From: Diplonema japonicum
Lineage: Eukaryota; Protista; Euglenozoa: Diplonemea
Length of the DNA stretch: 64,000 nt
Assembly (NCBI GenBank): GCA_964019335.1
Contig: OZ025737.1
Span: forward strand, 1 to 64,000
Direction: 5' to 3'
Part shown: in pieces, positions 50,401-60,699 of the stretch
How the letters are laid out: each line of letters opens with the position of its first letter
Numbering within the stretch: position 1 is the stretch's first letter
The notes under the pieces: generated by a model
The model's database searches: none
What the model was told of the DNA's origin: nothing
The model's input: the letters and a program-made list of their open reading frames with translations, nothing else
Translations under genes and position numbers: made by a program

Positions 50401-52182
50401 CTCCCGAAGCACAGGGTGGACCCGAAGTATCAAAAGATAATTACGGGTAGGTGTGTGGGTGATACCCGGCACAGGGTGTGGCCTGCGTACTACGTGTCAC
50501 GCTCGAGGTTGAAAGGGTTCATTGCGAACTGCATTCGGATGAGACAATCAAGTAGGCTGTACCATTGCCAGAGAGTGCCTTTTTTGCTCAATGAGGCGAG
50601 GACGCAGCTTCTATTAGGCAACTACAGAGAGCGGGAGACTGTGGCGACAGACCAGGTGCCCAACGCAGCGCTTGTAGGGGGGTGGAAGCAGCTGCTGTCG
50701 CGCTTCATGCGTGACTATGTAGAGTATCTGACGTCGGAGTCGGAGAAAAAGCTGGGGGGTGTCCTGTCATGGGTCACAGCGTGTGTAAACATCGACGAGT
50801 TAGTGTCCGGGAGACTTTCCTCGGATGACGAGATGCTCAGGAGCTACATGAGCAACTGTGCCAGATTGCAAATCGGGGATACCTTTGTATCATGCTCCAC
50901 CATGTCTTTCTTCGCTGTGACGGAGATTTCAGGCGGTGTCTTAATGCTGGACCTCTCCGTGCGTGAATCGTGCTTCGCTCTGGAGTTCTACTTGATCGAT
51001 GCAGCAGCAAACGCATCGCGTCAGGCGCTTTCCCTGACGGAGACCCCACCGCAGCTCCACCAGTCGCACGCAATCTCATTCCACAAAATACTAGCTCTTA
51101 TCAGAGCACAGTTACACATGAACTCCATGTTCTACGACTTCCAGATGAGGTACATGCACAAGGCACTGCGAGACCTGACCCCCCCTGACCCTAAGATCGA
51201 CTTGCTTGGTGTACTTGAGGATTCTGTTCTGCTTTACGAGAGGCCGCCACTGTACTCGGTTAGTTACCTCGGGCGAAAGAAGGTCTCGATCATGATCCCA
51301 CACGAGATCATTACGGAGATCGACATCTCTGCTGATGACGTGAGCATGCTGACGGCGGACGAATGTAGAAAGGCTTTGGGGAGGTTCTTTGCTTATGTAT
51401 GCAGGCAAGCAACATCGGTTGTTGAAGGTGAAGAAGGGAGGGTGGCACTGCTGATGTTTAAAGACAACTTCCCAACTGAAAAGTATGACTGTAACGGGAT
51501 GGCTGTGGTGAGGTTGGACCATGAGGAGAAGCTGTATGATGGTGACAAACTTGTACTGCCGCTGGATGTGTACCTTGTGTGCGCTGCAGATAGTTTGAGC
51601 AGAGACACAACAACACCGCTCTCTGAGGCGTATATAGAGTGTGCTTATAAGCACTTCAAGGAAGAAGTAAAGAAACAGTGTGATGACACTGTCAGAAACT
51701 ACAAAGTGCACAGACTGTGGAAAAGATTGATGCAGCAAAAGATCACCGGGACCGAAGTGATGAGCCTTCTAGGAAGAAGCAGCTGTTCGATCGAGAAGCG
51801 GTCGCTCATCCCTGATATGGATCCTGTCTCGCTGCACTGCTTGCAGGACGTTGATGTGGACACGTGGCTCAAGGTCTGCGAGGCGTGCTGTGCACGGCAC
51901 ACGCCCATGATCGTGTTCAGCCCTCAGAGCAAGCAGAACTCAGTCTCCGGTGCAATCCACTGGATCTTTGCACCGAAGAACCAGCAACACCCAAACACCA
52001 TCATTCTAGAATTCATATTAGCCCCCAAGAAGTCTGTTACTGCCTGGTGGTGTGCTCCGCGTGCTTCCTCCGAGCACCCTGCAGCCCTTACCCCTGCACC
52101 CGTCCTCAGGCAGGCAGACGCCCATTTCTTCACGAACTGGGTCGAGGCAATCACGGAAACGATATGGGCGATCGCTTGCTAG
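41470..52182 (+). CDS. SZT2: SZT2-like (KICSTOR scaffold) giant protein, about 3527 aa, with inserted ZZ-type zinc finger
   Basis: Introns 47439-47471, 47676-47710, 49503-49533 and 49705-49734 join three long ORFs. Recalled SZT2 motifs: LLECRVREGW, R..QGY, VLHQKMGLF and LHMNSMFYDFQMR. Size matches SZT2. Confidence 0.7.
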
Positions 52183-52368
52183 CCTCCAAGCCTCGGGATT
52201 TAACTAAGTGGGGCAGTGTGCAAGAGGGTATTTTCTTTTCTTTTTTTTAAAGCCAAAGCAAGACTGGCTGGCGAGCGCGAAAAATGCAAACCTTAAATGT
52301 TGAGTTTTTCTTCCCCCCCTCCCCTCCCCAAAGTTTTGCAATCAAAATAAAACGCCAAACAGCAAAGA

Positions 52369-54645
52369 ATGTTGCGGAATGTTGCCTTTCGACGCAATTT
52401 CGTTGCGCAGGCATATACTAAAAATATACCGCTGCTGCTGAACAGGCTGAGGGATGAGGGGTGGGACATAGGTGAGGTGGATTGGAAACGTGCGACTCCT
52501 AAGGAGGAAAAGGTGATGGTGCCCTCGGGGAAAGCTACACATACGACGATAGCACAGACCTTCATAATGGTAAAGACAGAACTAGGGTTTTACAGTGCGC
52601 TGGCTTTGTGGCGGAGTTTAGGAGAAGAGCTGAGGTACCAGGAATGGGTAATACTGTCGCTGTTTAAGTGCACGACAGATGCGACTATTGCGGAACTAGT
52701 GCGGACATTGAAGGCGACTGGTGACCCCACTGTGACGTTCAGTTCAAGAGTTGCCACAACCGCACTGACAACATGGCCACGGGGCTTCAAACATGAACAA
52801 GACTTGTCGAAGTTCGTCGAACTTTACTACGAGATAAGCAACCTCCCGCACTTCTCTTCCCTCGCGTTCATGCAAATCTTTTATAGCCGTGTGATCTTGT
52901 ACCTGGCAGCTGCCGGCAAAGACACGGAGCTAAAACAGCTTCTAACTGATTTGTACCTTGAGCCCGCAAAAGTCGCCCCTGATGCTCGCTGGGCGGCTGC
53001 TCAGGTGCAGAGCTCCTTGCCCTGCAAGCAAACCCTGAATGTCGTCCTTGAGGCGTATAGGGTACTGGGGGATGGCAAGTCTGCGATGAATTTTATCATT
53101 GCGCTCAACAAACGAAGTGCCCTCCCCAAAAACTGCGACCTAACCCCCCTCCTGCGCGTCCTAGAACTGTACCACGAGGACCCCCTCAGCTACTTGACAA
53201 CGAAACTGCCTCTGTCTCTGTGGTACCGGGCAGTCCCACATGACAACACCACTGCTTGCGCCAAATGGGCGGCAAAGGTGTCCTTCTCGGAGCTGTGCGC
53301 TGAGCCGTTGAAAATACGCCATCAGGACCTGTCACAGAAGCCTAAAATTTTGGAAGTGGTATTCGCCAAGCTGGTTGGCATGAACAAGATAACCGAGGCT
53401 ATCAGCTACCTGGGATTGCTAGTTAGCAGAGGTGTCCGCCTTTCAAACAGAGTCTACTTCACATTGCTCTCGGGTGTCAAAGCGCTGCCTAAACAGCATA
53501 TCGAGGGTGCCATAACGTTGATCAAGTCTCTGAACCTCCCCGCGAGCCCTAAGGTTGCCAAAGCGTACTACGCGGCAATGACCACGTGCCTACTTTCCCT
53601 TGATACGGCAGCAGAGGCACCTTTTGAGAAGCCCGCGTTGCTGATTGCAAGCTGCACGTCGCAGGACAGGATGGCAGACTTGTTCACTGCGTGCTCCTTG
53701 CTCTCGATGCAGTACCAAAATCTGGAATATACAGAAGCTTCGCTTGATTTATTGGTTCAAGCAGGGATCACTTCTCCCAAAGATGACACGGCGCTCTTGA
53801 AGATGCTGCCGCACTGCAAGAGCCTGCCTGTGGCAACGGAGTTAGTGAGGCTGTACTTTGATTGCTTAAGTGCGCAAAAGGGGTCCAGGGGTGAGGGGCC
53901 GGCTGCTGCAATGCGGACTATGCGAGCACACGTGGGGAGCGCACTGGGCTTTGCAGATGTGAACACCATTCTGTACATGAACGGGGAGTGCCTGATGAAG
54001 TTTGTAGAGCTAGGGTCCCTGCCTGCAGTGGCGGAAGGGGTGAAAGTTGTCCTGCCGTTCAGCAGCATATCGGTGGTTCTTGACGAAACCGAGGAGAAGA
54101 CACGTTGGAAGTGGGCGAAAGAGAAGAAAACGGGGGCACATGAAGGGCTGCGGAAGCTCTCAGACGCGATAGCAAGGCAACCCGAGAAATACGTGCTGCT
54201 CACCCCTCTGGGGGAGATATTGCTAAACAGCTGCGCGAGGCTGCCTATGCAAGAAACAGACGAGCTAGCTTGGGCAGCAAATCTCGAGCCTGTAAAAGCG
54301 ACAGTTATGGCCTTTCAAACTCCTGACCAGCCGGTGACGTACCTGGGCACAGCCGGGTTCAGCGACGTGCCATACTCCACAGTTGACAACAAACTTGAAC
54401 CTTTTGACCAGCCCCTTGTGTGGGGCGGTGTTGCGGAGGGTGTTCTCCACTCCCTCGTGCAGTTCTCACGCGAAGTACCTGTTATCATGGTGGACACTGA
54501 GAACAGGAAGGATCGCAGCCACAACCCTATGTCGCACGCACTCCGAAGGGTGAACGCGACAGCTGCTCATGGGTATGCATTGCAACAACGGTTTGAAATA
54601 CAACACACCACACAGGGTTTCCGAGTTCAACGCCGCCCTTTCTAG
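52369..54645 (+). CDS. Helical-repeat protein with mitochondrial-type presequence; possible C-terminal PIN-like fold
   Basis: 758-aa intronless ORF starting MLRNVAFRRNF. Degenerate PPR-like segments (PCKQTLNVVLEAY; GVRLSNRVYFTLLSG). Confidence 0.65.
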   Translation: MLRNVAFRRNFVAQAYTKNIPLLLNRLRDEGWDIGEVDWKRATPKEEKVMVPSGKATHTTIAQTFIMVKTELGFYSALALWRSLGEELRYQEWVILSLFKCTTDATIAELVRTLKATGDPTVTFSSRVATTALTTWPRGFKHEQDLSKFVELYYEISNLPHFSSLAFMQIFYSRVILYLAAAGKDTELKQLLTDLYLEPAKVAPDARWAAAQVQSSLPCKQTLNVVLEAYRVLGDGKSAMNFIIALNKRSALPKNCDLTPLLRVLELYHEDPLSYLTTKLPLSLWYRAVPHDNTTACAKWAAKVSFSELCAEPLKIRHQDLSQKPKILEVVFAKLVGMNKITEAISYLGLLVSRGVRLSNRVYFTLLSGVKALPKQHIEGAITLIKSLNLPASPKVAKAYYAAMTTCLLSLDTAAEAPFEKPALLIASCTSQDRMADLFTACSLLSMQYQNLEYTEASLDLLVQAGITSPKDDTALLKMLPHCKSLPVATELVRLYFDCLSAQKGSRGEGPAAAMRTMRAHVGSALGFADVNTILYMNGECLMKFVELGSLPAVAEGVKVVLPFSSISVVLDETEEKTRWKWAKEKKTGAHEGLRKLSDAIARQPEKYVLLTPLGEILLNSCARLPMQETDELAWAANLEPVKATVMAFQTPDQPVTYLGTAGFSDVPYSTVDNKLEPFDQPLVWGGVAEGVLHSLVQFSREVPVIMVDTENRKDRSHNPMSHALRRVNATAAHGYALQQRFEIQHTTQGFRVQRRPF

Positions 54646-54709
54646 ATTTTTCACCAACAAAAGTTTGGGTTATATCAAAACCGAATGAATCTGAGCATTT
54701 GGAAGAAGG

Positions 54710-54741
<32 letters not shown>

Positions 54742-54876
54742 GTTTTTTTTTTTTTTTTTTTACATTGTAACGCAGTAGATATGTGTGGTGAAAACACCAT
54801 AATTAATATAGGTGGGTCATAGGTGGGTCGTTTTATTTTATTCTTTTATAAAATTTATAAACGCCGTTTTTTTTCC

Positions 54877-56718
54877 ATGGAACGTAAAGATGACACAAAA
54901 GGCAGTAGACGGTGGAGCTGGTTTTCGAGGACGGGGAGAGCATCAATCGGAGAGCAGTACTATAGGCAGAGGGTAAGGAGCACAGGGAGCAGCAAGGCAA
55001 GTGAGTCAGAAGGCCAAGAGAGGGAACGAATGGTAAAAATAGTAGTAATGGGCGATAAAGGGTGTGGCAAGTCAGCAGTAATCGATAGATACTGCTTAGG
55101 TCTGTACAACGTAAGGTACAGGCCTACTGTGGGCCCCGAGGTAAGTTCATGTAGCGTAGGCGACGACAGGGTACCGGGAGCTGAGCAGTTCGTGCACCCC
55201 ATCCGTGCTCTCTTTGTCGAGCTACCCCTCCCGGAGACTAGAGACGAAAAGAAGCTCAAGAAGCACCTGTCAGACGCTGACGCCATCCTCCTCATCGCAG
55301 ACCTCACGCAGCCCTATACCACACATATCGTTGACGACCTGCTTGCGAAGGCAAAGCGACACCGACGGGCCGATGTCAGCGTGTCACTGTTCCTCCACAA
55401 GTCTGATAGAAAGTCCAACAAAATACACCTCAAAACACCCTCCGCCGACTTGCAGTATGCACGGTGTGCAGGCATTGCCCACATAGCGTCCACGACAGCC
55501 CTCGACGTGCGCTCTATCGAGCATCATGTCAGCAAAGTGCTCTCTAGGCTCCTCACGGACACTGCTCTCATCTCCCCCAGTAACATCTCGTTTCCGGACC
55601 ATGTAGGTAGGCCTGCTCTCTTCAGTTGGGCGGATTGCCGTAAGGGGTTTTCTGACTCACCTTTGCGAAACAACCCTCCTCCGGGAAGATACGCTCCGCC
55701 ATTTTCTGATATCCAGTTGGGTGGCCGTGTGGAAGAGGAGCAAACACGGCATGTGGAGAGCAACTTGTTGGCCTTCCTCAATCTCCACTCGCAGTACCTT
55801 GGTGATTACAAGAAACCACTACTCAGCACCTCGCATGGGCGCGGCAACGTTCCCACCGGCACACCCTCGCAGTACAACCAGACACGTGCCGACGTTTCTA
55901 GTTGTCTCGAGCTGGAGCTCCAGCGAGAATGTGAACGTCTGTTTGCCCGCCTACGCCAGCTTCAGGCTTCTGTCAGGAAGAGGGACCCTTCAAACGCCAC
56001 AATCCAATGGCAGCAGCAAGAGTTCCTCTATGTCACGGGCTATCTCTATGCGTACCTTGTGCCCTGGTGGGGCAGTCTTGCCAATGAGATGATCGCAGAG
56101 ACCACTATGTCTCAGGCGAAGGGCATGGCAAAGGTGAAGTCCGTTGTTTCGAACGCTATGCAGCATGCTGTAGGAATGGTGCAGCCACCCGCGGTGTTTA
56201 ATAAGTACCTTCGAGAGTTTTCCGAAATAAGGGTAGCAACCACCAGCATAGAGCACAGAGACAGGGAACCCGACCTGCGCCAGCACTCCAGCAACAGCCT
56301 CTCCAGCGACTCTGCCAACATACAGAACACAGCGGGAAGCGGGTCTTCCTTCGCCCCTGTGTCGGAGTCTTTCGAGGGGCTCTCCAACAACATGCTCAGT
56401 AGCCATTCCGCCTTCACAAAATCACTTTCTATGGTGTCTGAACGTGCTGCCGATCCGAGCGGGTCACCAATCACTCTCTGCCTAGACCGCAGACCTGCCC
56501 TGCAAGCCGACAGGGAGTTCCTAAAGGCTCTGTCACACTGCAAACTCGACTTGCGGCATCTCAAGGACCTCCTCACACGCGACCCCCGCCTGCGACACAA
56601 CACAAAACCCACAAACCGTGCGACACGTGCGCTGACCTTCTCAAGCAAGCAGGAGGCCGCGCTCCATAAAGAGGAGACACGGGCGAGGAGAAGCTCACTC
56701 AACCTTGATAGAAAGTAA
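54877..56718 (+). CDS. Atypical Rab/Ras-like GTPase domain with long C-terminal extension
   Basis: G1 GDKGCGKS, G2 YRPTVG and G4-like HKSD are present. The G3 DxxG motif is replaced by FVELP. Confidence 0.7.
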   Translation: MERKDDTKGSRRWSWFSRTGRASIGEQYYRQRVRSTGSSKASESEGQERERMVKIVVMGDKGCGKSAVIDRYCLGLYNVRYRPTVGPEVSSCSVGDDRVPGAEQFVHPIRALFVELPLPETRDEKKLKKHLSDADAILLIADLTQPYTTHIVDDLLAKAKRHRRADVSVSLFLHKSDRKSNKIHLKTPSADLQYARCAGIAHIASTTALDVRSIEHHVSKVLSRLLTDTALISPSNISFPDHVGRPALFSWADCRKGFSDSPLRNNPPPGRYAPPFSDIQLGGRVEEEQTRHVESNLLAFLNLHSQYLGDYKKPLLSTSHGRGNVPTGTPSQYNQTRADVSSCLELELQRECERLFARLRQLQASVRKRDPSNATIQWQQQEFLYVTGYLYAYLVPWWGSLANEMIAETTMSQAKGMAKVKSVVSNAMQHAVGMVQPPAVFNKYLREFSEIRVATTSIEHRDREPDLRQHSSNSLSSDSANIQNTAGSGSSFAPVSESFEGLSNNMLSSHSAFTKSLSMVSERAADPSGSPITLCLDRRPALQADREFLKALSHCKLDLRHLKDLLTRDPRLRHNTKPTNRATRALTFSSKQEAALHKEETRARRSSLNLDRK

Positions 56719-56757
56719 TTGTTGTTACTAGAACAGCATGCAAACCACACACCAGGG

Positions 56758-57749
56758 ATGAACCATCATGACTCTGCACATGTTGCTGTCGACGTTGCGG
56801 CTGATGCAGCGGATACTAAGTCTCTCGAGGCCACTAAGTCTCTCGAGGCAACACAGTGTGACGAGACCTTAAGCAAGACGAGCCTCCACAACAACGCGCT
56901 GCCCAACGAAACCTCTTTGTGCAAGGAGCCTACGCTGTGTGCAGGGGACAACATCTCAACCACCTCAGAAGACGACTGCGCCATGTGCCTGTGTCCGTTG
57001 ACGGAGGACGTGTGCACGCTGAACCCCTGCGGGCATCGGTTCCACACAGAGTGCATGTTTGAATTTTTTTCGAAGTGCAGTGTGAAGGGGTGCATCATCT
57101 GCCGGGGTGACGTCGACAGCCTTGTGAAGGACAACAGCGAGGCGGTGGGCCTTGCGGAGCTCAAACGGCTTTTCAAGGTGGAGTGCTTTGGGCTGAGGTT
57201 CAGAACAACACCGTACCAACACGAGCCCTCGGACCCGTTCCAGGAAAGCAGGGCGGTGACCTCCTACTTCACCATGCCTAGCCACGTCAGGACCTTGGAT
57301 TACGAGAACGGGACTGATGGGCAGCGCAAGGTGACGATCCCTGCTGTGGTGCTGGAGCTCGTGGACAGCGATGGGAACCTGAGCACGGACCATGGCGATG
57401 TGTTCTTGTCGGTGCTGCACTCGTCTGCCACAGGGACCATTGCACCCGACTTGGTCATGTTCAACAAGGGCGTGGCGGTGTTTAAGGAGCTGGAGTGCGA
57501 ATACAAGCCAGAGAAGGTGAGACCCAACTTGGTGGCGCTCCAGTTCGTCGCACGGGCACCCGACCAGCACGTGCACAAGGCACATGTCTTTGCTGGCGTG
57601 AAGGTGTGTAAAGATAAAATAACACAACAACCACCCCCCAACAGACGCTTGCGCCGAACGCGACTTGCAAGAAAATCATCGCCGTGACCTTCTTCCTGAC
57701 CGTTATACTTTGCGGGCTGTGTGCGACACTGCTCCTTCTGCAGAGATGA
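56758..57749 (+). CDS. RING-H2 E3 ligase-like protein, tail-anchored (paralogue 1)
   Basis: CAMCL...CGHRFHTEC...CIICR. Intron 57604-57644 reveals a C-terminal TM exon IIAVTFFLTVILCGLCATLLLL. Confidence 0.85.
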
Positions 57750-57818
57750 AGCACTGCACTGTTTACACTGCGTGTCGGCAAAGGGTAAGGGCCCCACTCT
57801 ATTCTATTCTATTTGTTC

Positions 57819-57851
<33 letters not shown>

Positions 57852-59298
57852 CTTTTTTTTTTTTCCTTGAAGGAAATTCACCGTCATGTGTTAAGGAAAT
57901 AGGCCTTTCGACGCCTAGACTAAAGGATTGAACGTGCTCAACCTTTGATAGTCATGGGATGGCAGTAGATTGTTTTTTTTTTTTAAATTATTCTTGGGCA
58001 TACCTACTTATGCAGGGCAGTCCTTTACGACAAAAAGAAGAAAGAAAAAAAAAATGTTGCGTCCCTTTTCCTATTGCGCTGCAGACAATGAATAAAGTTA
58101 TATCCCCCCCCTTTTTTTTCTCCCTCAACTTACAGTAAAACAGAGGCTGGCGGTGATATCAATAAAGCAAAAAAAAAAAAAAAAAAAAAGGAACTGTTGT
58201 TATCATTTTTCCTTTTTTCTTTACAAAAAAGGATTTCTTTTCCCGTTGCAAAATCTTGTGTGAATGAAAGAATGAAGGGAGTGGGGGGGGGGGGGGGGAA
58301 GGAGAGCCTTTTTTCCCCCCCTCATACTTTACCTTTTCATTCTTCCTCGTCCCTCACGGTCCCCTCTATTAGTTTATTTACCCAGCAGGCCCCATTGTCT
58401 CTTCATTCCTTTGTTTTTCTCTTCGCTGTACATTTGGTTATTTGTGTATCAAAAAGTGCTGGAGTTAAAGCAACTGTTTGCAATGTCAGTTATCAACCGG
58501 CGAAGTAGAGAAGGGGAGAGTGTGCTTCTATAGCAGGAGAAAGCAAGCTCTACTCACTATATTTTTCTATCTATTTTTATTCTTCTTTTTTTCTATTTGA
58601 AAAAAAAAAAAAAAAAAAAAAAAACCCTCCAGAGGGGGATAGGGAGAGGAAACCCTTTTGGTTAAATCCTTTCCTTTTTTTTTCCTTTTATACACGCACG
58701 CATCACTGCCATTTCTATTACACAGTATATATTTTTTAAGGGGCAATCCCCAAGTGGGATTTGCTCCTTAAAACATCGCTTTTTTTTTTCTTTTTCTTTT
58801 TCTTACATTTTTTTATTAGGTTTTGCTTAAAACGATAATAGTAAGGCCACACGATCAATAAAAAAAAAAAAAAAAAAAAAAAACCTCCGCATAATACACA
58901 ACAAAAAAAAAAAAAAAAAAAAAACAAAAAAAAAATTGTTCCATTCTCTCTACATTCTTCCTACATCCCCTTTTTCCCTTCACTAAGCGGGATCAGAAAG
59001 CAGTTACGGGCTGCTGTTTATTCAATTTTATGCTGTTTATTTTCTGTTTTTGTTTTGTTTTTCTTCTTCTTTTTTCCTTTTTTCCCTGAGAAGATGTCAT
59101 TAACCATCTGTCGAAAGACCTGCTAGAGTCGTAGCACACTACTGGCCTCGGGCGCTCGTGCGTTGGGACCTATTAGACAGCGGTGATCTTTCCGAAGGAG
59201 AAGTGTTGCGACACCCTTCCCACATGTCTTCCTTTCCTTCCTACTGGGTATTCTTTATTCAATTTTTGTATTGTCGAAGATCTTCACCACAGGGCCAC

Positions 59299-60525
59299 AT
59301 GAGCAACGAGCCCTACACACCGGGACTGGAAGGGGGGAGTGATGGGTCGCAGTGCAACAGTGTTGTGATCCACCCCCATGAGCCTGACAACTTGAACATA
59401 CCCACCACAGATGCGGACTGGCGGCTGCCCGACCACGACAGCGGCCAGGACCACGACCCCTATGCTTTCCAGTACGATGTGCACGACGAGCACAGCTACT
59501 CTGATGCCGGGAGCAGTGTGTGCCGCATGCCCCCCGCCCCCCCCGCCCCCGCCTCCCCACTGTACTGCAGAGAATGGCAGCACAGACGAAGCGCCACCGC
59601 CGAACGTGTGACCACACGGGCCCTCCGTGTGCACGATAGAAGCCTCACCGCCGACCTCTCACCCTCCGGACACGAGAGTGTGAACCCCCTGGGACGCGGG
59701 TGGTGGCTCTCCAACCAGCAGGGCCAACCCATCGACAGCCACATCCTCGAGGAGATGATCGAGCGTGCGCACAACAAGCCCGGCGACCCTGAGGACCCCC
59801 CTGGGTCCCCTTGGTCGGGCAACACCCCACGCATCTCTGAAGGCCTCATGGAAGAGGCGTCCCGCCACTCCTCAGCTTCTGCCTCTGCCGCCGCAGCAGA
59901 CGATGACGACTGCGCCATGTGCCTGTGTCCCTTGACGGAGGACGTGTGCACGCTGAACCCCTGCGGGCATCGGTTCCACACGGAGTGCATGTTCGAGTTC
60001 TTTTCGAAGTGCAGTGTGAAGGGGTGCATCATGTGCCGGGGTGACGTCGACAGCCTTGTGAAGGACAACGGCGAGGTGGTGGGCCTTGCAGAGCTCAAAC
60101 GGCTGTTCAAGGTGGAGTGCTTTGGGCTGAGGTTCAGAACGACACCGTTCACAGGCGAGGAGGGGACTGTGTCCTCCTTCTTCACGGTGCCCAGCCATGT
60201 CAAGGCGCTCACCTGCACGTCGACCGACAACGGGCAGCGCAAGGTGAAGATCCCTGCTGTGGTGCTGGAGCTCGTGGACAGCGATGGGAACCTGAGCACG
60301 GACCATGGCGATGTGTTCTTGTCGGTGCTGCACTCGTCTGCCACAGGGACCATTGCACCCGACTCTGTCATGTTCGAGAGGGGCGTGGCGGTGTTCAAAG
60401 AGCTGGAGTGCGAGTACAAGCCTGACAAAACAAGACCCAACCTGCTGGCTATAAAATTCCAAGTTGAAGCACCCACTGCAATGGCACATCATAAGGCTCT
60501 CTATGCAGGCGTGAAGGTACGTAGG

Positions 60526-60567
<42 letters not shown>

Positions 60568-60680
60568 ACCCATAGACCACTGTTGGCTGGGAGGTCAAAC
60601 GCGGGCATAAGATATGCTTATCTATCATCATTGTCCTCATCATCTTAGTCTCTGTCAGTGTTGCTGTCTATGTGAGCTGA
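59299..60680 (+). CDS. RING-H2 E3 ligase-like protein, tail-anchored (paralogue 2)
   Basis: Same RING core as paralogue 1. Intron 60517-60575 sits at the same position (after AGVK) and reveals the TM exon ICLSIIIVLIILVSVSVAVYV. Confidence 0.85.
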
Positions 60681-60699
60681 GTATTTTTTTCTTAAGAAG

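Noticed and set aside
60517-60648. Poly-lysine C-terminus of the RING ORF in the track (likewise the tails of 35574-37232 and 37458-38195)
   Set aside because: These are translations through introns; splicing gives a TM tail or a different C-terminus.
7606-60680. Stop-codon reassignment or programmed frameshifting to explain the broken ORFs
   Set aside because: Every break in a recognisable gene (RPC2, GDI, SRP68, CEP164) is resolved by a short canonical GT-AG intron, and TAA, TAG and TGA all terminate genes.
7606-60680. Non-canonical (non GT-AG) euglenid/diplonemid-type introns
   Set aside because: None was needed; all 39 reconstructed introns are GT-AG.
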